This document shows positions 37,056 through 46,063 of a DNA stretch of 64,000 nucleotides, in pieces; positions within the stretch are counted from its first letter, which is position 1; each line of letters opens with the position of its first letter. The stretch spans positions 7,238 through 71,237 of the forward strand of contig JAJPGV010000057.1 in assembly GCA_021325635.1 (NCBI GenBank), given 5' to 3'. The DNA is from Chloroflexota bacterium (GTDB lineage Bacteria; Chloroflexota; JAJPGV01). Below the pieces are notes generated by a model. It was not told the DNA's origin. It saw nothing but the letters and a program-made list of their open reading frames with translations, and did no database searches. Position numbers and translations under genes: made by a program.

Positions 37056-37457
37056 ATGCCACAGACCGACCCCTTCACCTACAACGTGCCGCGCAAGCTT
37101 TCTGATCAGGAGCTGGCGCGCGCGCTGCGGTTGGACGCCGCCGCCGAACTGGATGCGATGAACCTGTACGAGGCCCACATCGAGGCCACGGACAATGCCG
37201 ATGCCCGCAAGGTGCTGGCGTTCATTGCCAAGGACGAGAAGGAGCACTATGCGCTGTTCGTCGAGCTGGTACGACGCCTCGATCCGCAGCAGGCCGAGGA
37301 GATGGAGGCCGCTGGTCCAAAGCTCGACGCGATTCTGGCTGCCCCGGAAGGACAGTCATCGGAAGAGGCGGTGGAACAGGCTGGGAACCCGGCGGAGAGC
37401 GCCGCCGAGCGCGATGCGCTGCGCCGTTTTACCGTGGGGTCGCTGTTCGACCGGTAG
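37056..37457 (+). CDS. Ferritin-like (Flp/rubrerythrin-like) encapsulin cargo protein
   Basis: RALRLD.AAELDAMNLYE...IAKDEKEH; C-terminal FTVGSL targeting peptide. Confidence 0.88.
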   Translation: MPQTDPFTYNVPRKLSDQELARALRLDAAAELDAMNLYEAHIEATDNADARKVLAFIAKDEKEHYALFVELVRRLDPQQAEEMEAAGPKLDAILAAPEGQSSEEAVEQAGNPAESAAERDALRRFTVGSLFDR

Positions 37458-37473
37458 TCGGTTCGCTCGCCGG

Positions 37474-38163
37474 CTATGCGGCCTTGCTGGCCCGAATGAT
37501 GGGCACAACGGACTCGATGTCTCGTTCGAAAGCAAGCTCGGCGGCATGGCGCGCGTCCTCATCAGGAGCCCGCAGCACAGAAGCGGGGTGCACTGTAGCC
37601 ATCACCGGAAGGCCGTTAGCCGAAAGCAGCTGCCCGCGCTGACGCAGCACGCTGAAAGAGGCCCCTAGCAGCGCCTGCGCAGCTACAGCTCCGAGGCAGA
37701 CCACCACCGTGGGCTTGACCGCGTCGAGCTCGGCGTCCAGCCATGGACGGCAGGCCGCAATCTCTTTGGCGTTCGGCCTGTTGTGGATGCGGCGCTTGCC
37801 TCGCGGCTCCCATTTGAAGTGCTTGACGGCGTTCGTCACGTACACCTTGGAGCGCTCGATCCCAGCTTTAGCCAGGGCGCGCTCGAGCAGCTGCCCAGCG
37901 GGGCCTACGAACGGCCGGCCCTGCTGATCTTCGTAATCGCCCGGCTGTTCGCCGACGAAGAACACCTCCGGGTGCACGGGCCCCTCGCCAAAAACCGTTT
38001 GGGTGGCCCTGGCGTAGAGAGCACAACCGCGGCAGGTGGCCGCGGCTGCCCTCAGATGATCGAGGTCACGCTGCAGCGGCAGGAACGGCTCGGCCGACCC
38101 GGGCGCGTCGACGTCCTCAGGACGCGTCCTCGTCTCCCGATCCCGTGCCCCGGCCGCGGGCAA
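37474..38163 (-). CDS. udgX: UdgX-type family 4 uracil-DNA glycosylase/uracil-DNA binding protein
   Basis: CRGC, VGEQPG, TNAVKHFKW and diagnostic KRRIH R-loop; HPAS motif. Confidence 0.88.
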   Translation of the reverse strand: MPAAGARDRETRTRPEDVDAPGSAEPFLPLQRDLDHLRAAAATCRGCALYARATQTVFGEGPVHPEVFFVGEQPGDYEDQQGRPFVGPAGQLLERALAKAGIERSKVYVTNAVKHFKWEPRGKRRIHNRPNAKEIAACRPWLDAELDAVKPTVVVCLGAVAAQALLGASFSVLRQRGQLLSANGLPVMATVHPASVLRAPDEDARHAAELAFERDIESVVPIIRASKAA

Positions 38164-38404
38164 ACCGCTCCGCCTCTTCGTCGTAGTCCATGGCCGTATC
38201 TTCGACGAACTCCCTGTTGGCCGTCGCTGCGCCTGGCTGCGGCTCGGGCGGTGCCTGCTCGGCGTCGTCCTGGCTCTGCGGAGCGTTGACCGAGGCCTTT
38301 ACGGCGTCGAGATTGCCGTGCTGCTGCTGGGCGCGCTCTGGGCGCTCGCCCTCGCTCGGCTCGTACTCTGCCCACTGTTTTTCGCCCGAGAGATCTTTTT
38401 CCAT
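38117..38404 (-). CDS. Small acidic disordered hypothetical protein
   Basis: E/D/Q-rich; overlaps the udgX start. Confidence 0.5.
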   Translation of the reverse strand: MEKDLSGEKQWAEYEPSEGERPERAQQQHGNLDAVKASVNAPQSQDDAEQAPPEPQPGAATANREFVEDTAMDYDEEAERFARGRGTGSGDEDAS

Positions 38405-38545
38405 CAATCGCCCCGTCATCAGTTCCTGACGCAATCAGAGCAAGGGCCATGCCAGCACAAGGTGATCTTCCCCGCCTGCTTTGTCGGGTGTAAAGTCTCC
38501 ATCCATGAGACCCACCGCGGTCAGGATGGGCTTGGGACGGTGGCG

Positions 38546-40294
38546 ATGGCGCTAGCGACGGCGCTGAGACAGCGGTGGCGTCCCGTGCCTGCCGACTGGC
38601 TGCGTAGGCCGAGGCTGAACGCGATCGTTCTGGCAGCCTGCGTTCCTGCGGCCTGCATCCTCTTTCTGCTGCTCCTTACGCTGATCGTCGGCTTCCGCCA
38701 GAGCGCCATCGACGCCACGTTCACCTTCAGCCACTACGTCAACCTGTACACCGACCCCCTGGCCTATGGTGCGCTGCTGAACACGATCGGCTTTGCCCTG
38801 ACGACGTTGATAGTGGCGCTGTTTTTCGGCATTCCCATCGCCTGGCTGGTCGAGCGCACAGACATACGCGCGCGATCGCTGATGTACTCGATGGTGACCC
38901 TGGGGCTGTTGATCCCAGGCTTCTTCACCGCCATGGGCTGGCTGTTCCTGCTCCATCCGCGCATCGGCATCGTCAACCAGCTGGCTGCGTCCCTGCTCGG
39001 GCGCGAGGGCGCTGTCCTCAACATTCTCACGATTCCGGGCATGGGCTGGGTGCAGGGACTCAATCTGGCGGCGCTGGTCTTCGTGATGACCGCCGCCAGC
39101 CTCCGTGCCATCGACGCTTCCCTGGAGGAGTCGGCGGAGATGAGCGGCGCCGGCTTCTTGCGGCGAATGCGGCACATCACCCTGCCGCTGGCGTTCCCGG
39201 CCATCCTGGCGTCCGCGCTCTACGTGGTGCCCATCGCCTTCTCGGCGTTCGACGTGCCGCTGATCATCGGTCTCTCCAACCGCATCCTGACCTTCAGCAC
39301 CTACGTGTACACGAAGACCAACCCGCAGCAGGGCCTGCCGGAATACGGCCTGCCGGCGGCCTTCAGCTCGCTGATGATCGTGCTCGGCATCGCCGTTACC
39401 TGGTGGTACGGGCGCACGCTGCGCCAATCGCGCAAGTACCAGGTTGTGACGGGCAAGAACTATCGCCCCAAGGCAATCGAGCTGCGCGCCTGGAAGCCTA
39501 TGGCCTGGCTCTTCATCATCACGTGGCTGTGCTTGGCGCAGCTCCTGCCGCTGCTGTGTCTCATCTGGGCCGCCCTGCTGCCATTCTTTCAGCCGCCCTC
39601 GCTGGAGGCCCTGCGGCTGGTGAGCGTGGGCAACATCTTCGCGGTGCCGTGGCAGCTCGTTGGTCGCGGGTTGTCACACACACTCGTGCTGGCGGTGCTC
39701 GCGCCAACCGTTGCGCTGGCGTTCAGTGTGGTCTTCTCGTGGGTCGTGCTGCGCTGGCGCAGCCGCTTCCGGCTGCTGTTCGACTACGTGGCCTTCCTGC
39801 CGCATGCCGTGCCGGGGCTGATCTTCGCCTTCGCCGCCCTGCTGGCCGCGCTCTTCGTCATTCGAGGGCCGGTTGACCTGTATGGCACGCTGGCGCTGAT
39901 TCTGTTCGTGTACATCATCCAGCACCTGCCCTTCGGATCACGAATCACCAACGCGGCGTTGATCCAGATCCACACCGAGCTGGAAGAAGCGGCCCAGGCA
40001 TCGGGCGCGAGCACGTGGCAGACGCTCCGCCGCGTGCTGGTCCCTCTGCTCCGCCCGGCGCTGCTCTATGCCTGGCTGTTCCTGGCCCTGGCCACGTTTC
40101 GTGAGCTGACGGTGGCGACGCTGCTGTTCTCGCCGTCGAACATCACCCTGCCGGTGGTTGTTTGGAGCCTGCTGAATACGGGCAATCCCGACAAGGCCTC
40201 GGCCGTGTCATTGCTCATGATGGCCGTCCTGCTGCCGCCGGTGCTGCTCTACATGCGCCTCGGCAGCAGCACGGACCCGCGTGCCCAGCGGTAA
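38546..40294 (+). CDS. ABC transporter permease, FbpB-like (two TM repeats)
   Basis: EAA loops LEESAEMSGAG and LEEAAQASGAS; about 12 TM helices. Confidence 0.87.
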   Translation: MALATALRQRWRPVPADWLRRPRLNAIVLAACVPAACILFLLLLTLIVGFRQSAIDATFTFSHYVNLYTDPLAYGALLNTIGFALTTLIVALFFGIPIAWLVERTDIRARSLMYSMVTLGLLIPGFFTAMGWLFLLHPRIGIVNQLAASLLGREGAVLNILTIPGMGWVQGLNLAALVFVMTAASLRAIDASLEESAEMSGAGFLRRMRHITLPLAFPAILASALYVVPIAFSAFDVPLIIGLSNRILTFSTYVYTKTNPQQGLPEYGLPAAFSSLMIVLGIAVTWWYGRTLRQSRKYQVVTGKNYRPKAIELRAWKPMAWLFIITWLCLAQLLPLLCLIWAALLPFFQPPSLEALRLVSVGNIFAVPWQLVGRGLSHTLVLAVLAPTVALAFSVVFSWVVLRWRSRFRLLFDYVAFLPHAVPGLIFAFAALLAALFVIRGPVDLYGTLALILFVYIIQHLPFGSRITNAALIQIHTELEEAAQASGASTWQTLRRVLVPLLRPALLYAWLFLALATFRELTVATLLFSPSNITLPVVVWSLLNTGNPDKASAVSLLMMAVLLPPVLLYMRLGSSTDPRAQR

Positions 40295-40329
40295 GGTTGT
40301 GCAATTCTCAGTTGCTGGCCGCCAGGCCC

Positions 40330-41481
40330 TCATTTGAGCGTCTCGAGGAAGTGGCTGGTCTTGAGCTCGTCGATGACGGAGAAATCGACTAGGTCTTGAG
40401 CCTTTACCTGGGCGACGGCGGGGACGGTGGACGCCGTCTCGTCGATGATCTGCTGCAAGCGGTCGATCGGGAAGGTCATGTCATCGCGGATGCTGGGCAG
40501 GTAGGAGCGCATGCTGGAGCGCACGATGTTGAGGTCGTCGATCTTGAGGAACGGGGCCACGTACTGAGCCATCTGATCGGTGTTGGTCTTGAGCAGGTGC
40601 ACGGCTTCCAGATTGGCCATGAGCACTCGCTTAACCGCCTCGCGGTTGGACGCCAGGAAGCTCTTCTTGAGCATGAGGACGCTGAGCGTGATGTAGTCGG
40701 TGCCCTGCTGAGAATCGAAGATGACGTGCGCGCCCTGGGAGACCGCTATGCTCGACGACGGCTCGGGCAACACGGCCGCGTCCACAGCCCCCGCGGTCAA
40801 CGCCGCGATCTCATTGGCGGTTTCGGGAATAGCCACCACGGTGTAGTCGCTGCTGGTCAGCCCCTGCTTCTTGAGCAGGTCGGAGAGCAGCAGATCCGCT
40901 GAGGATGCCCGCTGCGTCACGGTGACCTTCTTGCCGCGAAGATCCTGGAGCGTCTTGATGCTCGGGCTGGCGACGATGGAGAAGGTGGGGCCGGCGTAGG
41001 GCCCGCCGGCGACGATCAGGTCTCCACCCTGGACGCGAGCAGTCGCCACGCTGTTGGCCGGCCCGTAGGCCATGTTCAGACTGCCGCTCAACACCCCGGC
41101 GGTCAGCGTGTTGGGCGCGATGAAGCTGAGGTTCACGTCTAGCCCGTACTTGTCGAACAGGCCGGCTCCCTTGCTGATGTAGGGGATCATCTGCGTGCCG
41201 CTGATCGACGCGTAGGCCATTTCCAGCTTGATCCTGGCGGCGCTGGCGCTGGCGGCGGGCTTTGCCGAGGCGGTGGACGCCGTGGAGGCCGCCGCAGTCT
41301 GTCCGGAGCTGAGCGCCGTGGAGGGGTTCGCGCCGCCCGCGCTCGATGCCGGAGAAATCGGCGTTGAGGCACCGCAGCCGGCCAGCACAGCAGCCGTTCC
41401 CAGCAGCATTCCGCCGCCGGCGTATCGTAGAAAAGCTCGCCGGCCAATGGCCCTAGGGCATTCGATGGTCTTCGTCCTCAT
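40330..41481 (-). CDS. Tat-exported SsuA/THI5-family substrate-binding lipoprotein
   Basis: IGRRAFL twin-Arg motif, LAGC lipobox, DLRGKKV and ALTAGAVDAA motifs. Confidence 0.82.
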   Translation of the reverse strand: MRTKTIECPRAIGRRAFLRYAGGGMLLGTAAVLAGCGASTPISPASSAGGANPSTALSSGQTAAASTASTASAKPAASASAARIKLEMAYASISGTQMIPYISKGAGLFDKYGLDVNLSFIAPNTLTAGVLSGSLNMAYGPANSVATARVQGGDLIVAGGPYAGPTFSIVASPSIKTLQDLRGKKVTVTQRASSADLLLSDLLKKQGLTSSDYTVVAIPETANEIAALTAGAVDAAVLPEPSSSIAVSQGAHVIFDSQQGTDYITLSVLMLKKSFLASNREAVKRVLMANLEAVHLLKTNTDQMAQYVAPFLKIDDLNIVRSSMRSYLPSIRDDMTFPIDRLQQIIDETASTVPAVAQVKAQDLVDFSVIDELKTSHFLETLK

Positions 41482-41557
41482 GAGGGTTCGTATACTACCC
41501 GCAAACGCTGAACGCAAGCTTCCGTTCCACTGGCGCCGATCCTCTATCCTCCGAACC

Positions 41558-42517
41558 CTATCCTCTCGACCCTGATTCCGCGTACCAGTGCGCGGCGCCC
41601 GGATGCAGCGGTACGTCCATGGGCGTGCTGTCCGTTTCGGAGCCGAGCTGGCTCAGGTGCCTGTACGTGCCGCTTTCCCAGGGCATGTCCGCCTCGTGGG
41701 CTCCGATGGCGGCGCAGATCTGATAGGCGGTCTCCTCCGGCAGAGAGGCTCGCGTGTACAGCGCCCAACCGCTGAAATCGATGGCCATATAGTCGCGACC
41801 AATCTGTGGGTAGCGCTTGACCGGTAGGGAAGCGCTTCGCCAGCCGATGCCCTCGAGGTCTCGGATCACGCTGGCTCCGAGGTCGATGGGCCGGTAGCCG
41901 TAGGGCAGCCCATCTTCGAACCAGCCCTTGATTCCTTCATCGAATACGGCATCCAACAACTCGGATGCGAGCATGTCGATGCGGCTCTGTTCGCGCGGGC
42001 GGCGATGGTACACGATCTTGCCGCCCCAGGCTTCGATGTCCGACAAGCGAAAGCCTGCCGCCGACAGCATCTGGTCGATGAGCACGCGTGTGGCGTGGGT
42101 TGGGTCTTCCCGAACCGATAGCTTCAGCGGATAGCGGTGCTCGCGGAGGTCTTGCAGCGAGGTGAGACCAGTGCGGGGATGGACGGCGCAGGCGAAGCGG
42201 TCCCAGGACGGGTAGCAGGCCAGCATGCGAACGTCCAGTGGCTTCTGGAACAGGCCGCTGCCGCGATATGCCTGGGTGAGCAACCCTGACGGATTGACGA
42301 AAGCCGCTTCCAGATCGCCGCCGGCCACGGCGTGAGCCAGGCCAATCAGACCGGTAGCCAGGCGAATCGCGGGCTTGAAGCCGTGGCCGGTGCCGTCGCC
42401 CAGCGTCACGCAGAAATCCCCGGCTCCCGGTATGCGCATCTCCGCCAGGCCCATACCAACCTCGGCTACGAACTTCGAGCGAGCCAGGTTGCCGCTCAGC
42501 TCAGTCTGTCCTGCCAT
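41558..42517 (-). CDS. TAXI-family TRAP solute-binding-like protein
   Basis: HPRTGLTSL.DL, IDQML.AAG.DIEAWGG and PLHPGAA.WY motifs. Confidence 0.6.
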   Translation of the reverse strand: MAGQTELSGNLARSKFVAEVGMGLAEMRIPGAGDFCVTLGDGTGHGFKPAIRLATGLIGLAHAVAGGDLEAAFVNPSGLLTQAYRGSGLFQKPLDVRMLACYPSWDRFACAVHPRTGLTSLQDLREHRYPLKLSVREDPTHATRVLIDQMLSAAGFRLSDIEAWGGKIVYHRRPREQSRIDMLASELLDAVFDEGIKGWFEDGLPYGYRPIDLGASVIRDLEGIGWRSASLPVKRYPQIGRDYMAIDFSGWALYTRASLPEETAYQICAAIGAHEADMPWESGTYRHLSQLGSETDSTPMDVPLHPGAAHWYAESGSRG

Positions 42518-42644
42518 GTGCCCCTCCGCTGAATCACAAAAGTCGCCCGACGATGCTACCAGGGGGCGAGGAGACGAGGGGACATCGCGGCCGCGGGCGG
42601 GGCCATCTTCTCAACCCATGGGGAGATCATGGGTGGAGTCCGAG

Positions 42645-45131
42645 TCAGGGTTCCCCGGGCCCGGCCTGCGCGCGCATGCGAGCCACCACCTGGACGAGCT
42701 CTGCCCAGAGGCCCACGGCGGCGCCCAACAGCACGGCGAGCAGCCACTCCCGTGGACCAAGGGGTGCCAGACGCAGCAGCGCGGGGGCGCCGGGAAGATA
42801 GGGCAAGAGCGTCGATAGGGCGGCCATGGCCAGCAGGAGCGGCATGAGACCGTTCCGGGCCCCGGATCGCCCGGTTCGGTGGCCCTCGGAACGCTCGGCC
42901 AGGACGAGGCCGATCTGGGCCAGGACGAAGGTGGTGAAGGCAAAGTTCCGGGCCAGAGGCTCCGGCCGCGATTGAGCCAGCGACCAGCAATACACGCCCC
43001 AAACAATGGCAAAAGCGCCCAGACCCGTAATAGCCGAGGCGAGCAGGCGGACATTTGCGATCAGCGGGGCGTTTCGGCTCCGCGGCGGCTGCTGCATGAG
43101 CTCCGGCGGCGCCTCGTCTCCTTCGAACGCCAGGGCGGCCAGCGGGTGCACCAGCAGCTCTAACCAGACCAGGTGGATTGGCTCCAGGAGCAGCGGGACG
43201 CCGACGATGGGGGCGGCGATGGCCGAGGCCAGGATCGGCACATGAAAGGCGACCAGGTATCCGAACGCGCGTCGGACGTTGGTGAGGATGCGGCGGCCTT
43301 CTCGCACCGCGGCCACGATGGTGCTGAAGTTGTCGTCGAGCAGCACTATCGTGGCTGCCTCGCGGGCGACCTCGGTGCCCCGTATTCCCATGGCCACGCC
43401 GATATCCGCGGCCCGCAAGGCAGGGGCGTCGTTGATGCCGTCTCCGGTCATCGCCACCGTCTGTCCCTGCTGTCGCAAATGCTGAACGAGACGCAGCTTC
43501 TCTTCCGGGCAGATCCGCGCGAACACGTCTGCCTCCGCGATGGCCGCCCTGACCCTGCGCTCGTCCGTGTCGTCCAGCAGGTCGGCCGACAGCACGCGGG
43601 GTCGATCGGCGATGCCCGCCTGGCGGGCAACGGCCAGCGCGGTGGTGGGATGGTCACCGGTAAGCATCAAGATGCGAATGCCGGCATCGTGGCAGGCCGC
43701 CACAGCCGCTGGCACTTCGGGCCGAACCGGGTCGGTCAAGCCGATCAGGCCGAGGAATTCGAGGCTGGCCTCATCCACCTCGCGGTCGCCGCTGATGCGC
43801 TCTATCGTTCTCGAAGCCACCCCGAGCACGCGCACGCCGCGCTCGGCCATGGCCTCGTTGGCTCGCTCGACAGTGGCACGGGCTTCGGGTGGCAGGTTGC
43901 TCCGCCGGATAAGCCCCTCCACAGCTCCTTTGGCGTAGAGTCGCAGGCCCGCTCCGCTGACGTCCCAGATGTGTGACATCCGCTTCTGCACCGGGTCGAA
44001 TGGATACTCGTGAACGAGCCGCCCATGCGTCTGCGCCTGAGGCGCGCGGGCCACGATGGCCTGTTCGAGCGGATCGAAGGGATCCGGCTCGCAGGCCAGC
44101 GCAGCCGCGTCGATCAGCTCGGCCTGTCGGCGCTCACTGCCGTCGGGTGTCCACGCGTCTGTCAGCTCCATGTGGCCAAACGTGAGCGTGCCGGTCTTGT
44201 CAGTGCAGATGACGCTGGTGCTGCCCAGTGTTTCGACCCCAACCATGCGTCGAATAAGCGCGTGCTTGCCGGCCAGCCGCCAGACGCCGAGCGTGAGATA
44301 GAGCGCGTAGACAATCGGGAATTCCTCTGGCATGGCGGCTATGGCCAGGCTCACTCCGCCGATGAATGACTCTCGCGCGCCTGATCCCCTGAGCAGGCCA
44401 AGGAAGACCACACCCAGGCAGACGGCAATGGCCACGACGAACAGTCTTCGAACCAGATGGGAGATCGATCGTTGGAGCGGCGTTGGCACCGGTCTGAGTC
44501 CGGCGACCAGCGTGCCGATCTTGCCGTACTCGGTAGCGGGCCCGGTGGTCGTAACACAGGCGATGCCCCGGCCGCTCAACAGCACGGTGCCGGCGAACAG
44601 CTTGTCGTCGCCGCGGACGTCCTTTACCACCGGCCGCGATTCGCCGGTCAGGGTGGACTCGTCGACGATGACGTCGGAGCCGTCGAGCAGGCGGCAGTCC
44701 GCCGCGAGGACGTCGCCTTCTTGGACGCCAATGACATCGTCGGGCACCAGCAGCTCCACGGGTAGCGTCATCCAGTCTCCGTCGCGCCGGACGCGGACCT
44801 TGGGCTCCGTCATCACGCGGAGCCTGTCGAGGGTGCGTTCGGCCCGACCCTCCAGCAGGACGTCGACGCCGAGGATTGGGACCAGGGCGATTGCCATGAC
44901 CAGCGCGTTTCGCTGCTCACCCAGCGCGGCGTAGATCGCCGCGGCCGCGAGCAGCAGGATGACCATGGGATCGGCTAGCGTCGTCAGCCACCGACCCAGA
45001 GTCTTGCGGCGCGACCGAGGGACGAGCAGGTTCTCGCCGTACCGTCGGAGCCTGGCGGCAGCCTCGGCTGAGGTCAGCCCGAGTGGTGCGACAAAGGCTG
45101 ACCCTGCACCTTGCGCGGTGGGCGCTGTCAC
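42645..45131 (-). CDS. Cation-transporting P-type ATPase (P2 type)
   Basis: LTGES, AMPEEFP, CTDKTGT, MLTGDH and GDGINDAP motifs. Confidence 0.92.
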   Translation of the reverse strand: MTAPTAQGAGSAFVAPLGLTSAEAAARLRRYGENLLVPRSRRKTLGRWLTTLADPMVILLLAAAAIYAALGEQRNALVMAIALVPILGVDVLLEGRAERTLDRLRVMTEPKVRVRRDGDWMTLPVELLVPDDVIGVQEGDVLAADCRLLDGSDVIVDESTLTGESRPVVKDVRGDDKLFAGTVLLSGRGIACVTTTGPATEYGKIGTLVAGLRPVPTPLQRSISHLVRRLFVVAIAVCLGVVFLGLLRGSGARESFIGGVSLAIAAMPEEFPIVYALYLTLGVWRLAGKHALIRRMVGVETLGSTSVICTDKTGTLTFGHMELTDAWTPDGSERRQAELIDAAALACEPDPFDPLEQAIVARAPQAQTHGRLVHEYPFDPVQKRMSHIWDVSGAGLRLYAKGAVEGLIRRSNLPPEARATVERANEAMAERGVRVLGVASRTIERISGDREVDEASLEFLGLIGLTDPVRPEVPAAVAACHDAGIRILMLTGDHPTTALAVARQAGIADRPRVLSADLLDDTDERRVRAAIAEADVFARICPEEKLRLVQHLRQQGQTVAMTGDGINDAPALRAADIGVAMGIRGTEVAREAATIVLLDDNFSTIVAAVREGRRILTNVRRAFGYLVAFHVPILASAIAAPIVGVPLLLEPIHLVWLELLVHPLAALAFEGDEAPPELMQQPPRSRNAPLIANVRLLASAITGLGAFAIVWGVYCWSLAQSRPEPLARNFAFTTFVLAQIGLVLAERSEGHRTGRSGARNGLMPLLLAMAALSTLLPYLPGAPALLRLAPLGPREWLLAVLLGAAVGLWAELVQVVARMRAQAGPGEP

Positions 45132-45175
45132 CAGCGCAATTCGCCTCTCAACTGGGCCGCCCGCTTCCGAGCCGC

Positions 45176-46063
45176 CTAACGGAAATCTTCCAGGTGCTCG
45201 GCCGCGGCGCGAGCTCGAAGCTTGATCAGAGCCTGGTGCTCGATCTGCCGCACACGCTCGCGAGTGACGCCCATGCGCTTGGCGATGGCCTCGAGCGTGT
45301 GCGGATTGGTATCCAGACCAAAACGCAGACGCAATACCAGGCGTTCGTGCGGCGACAGCGCTGCCTCCAGGGCGTGCTGGGCTTCCTCCCGCAGGGCCTG
45401 GCGGAAAACCGCGCCGTCTGGCGAGTCTGCTTGATCGTCCGGCAGCAGGTCACTCAGCAGATCGCTGTCGTCTTCGCCTACCGGCTGGTCGAGCGAGAAT
45501 GGCACGCCCGAGCTGGCCAGCACCTCGTGAAGGTGTGGAACGGACATCTGGAGCGCGCTGGCCAGCTCGGCTTCCTGAGGCTCGCGGCCCAGCTCCTGGG
45601 TAAGGCGCTCGTTGGTCGCTCGAACTTTGGCCACTGTGTGTCCGAGCATGATCGGCAGCCGGATAAGGCGGCCTCGCTCGGCCAGGCAGCGCGTGATGGC
45701 CTGTCGTATCCACCACACGGCATAGGTGGAGAAGCGGTAACCCTTGCGCCAGTCGAACTTATCGACGGCGTGCATCAGGCCGAGGTTGCCCTCCTGAATC
45801 AGGTCGAGCATGGACATGCCCCGACTTTGATACTTTTTGGCGACGTTCACGACCAGGCGCAGATTCGATTGAATGAACAGCGCCCGGGCCTCGCTGTCGC
45901 CCGCCTCGATGCGCTGGGCGAGCTCGACTTCCTGCTGGGCCGACAGCAGCGCGGTCGGACGTATCTCGCGCAGATACGTGGCCAGGGCATCTTCCAGGTG
46001 TTCTTCGGCCAGCCTTTCCGGCGGGGCGAGCAGGGGGTCACGGACGGCTTCTTCGATCAGCAT
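45176..46063 (-). CDS. Sigma-70 family factor, RpoD/SigA-like lacking region 1.1 (group 2)
   Basis: YLREI, NLRLVV.VAKKY, DLIQEGNLGL, DKFD...GYRFSTYAVWWIRQAI and TRERVRQIE motifs. Confidence 0.92.
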   Translation of the reverse strand: MLIEEAVRDPLLAPPERLAEEHLEDALATYLREIRPTALLSAQQEVELAQRIEAGDSEARALFIQSNLRLVVNVAKKYQSRGMSMLDLIQEGNLGLMHAVDKFDWRKGYRFSTYAVWWIRQAITRCLAERGRLIRLPIMLGHTVAKVRATNERLTQELGREPQEAELASALQMSVPHLHEVLASSGVPFSLDQPVGEDDSDLLSDLLPDDQADSPDGAVFRQALREEAQHALEAALSPHERLVLRLRFGLDTNPHTLEAIAKRMGVTRERVRQIEHQALIKLRARAAAEHLEDFR

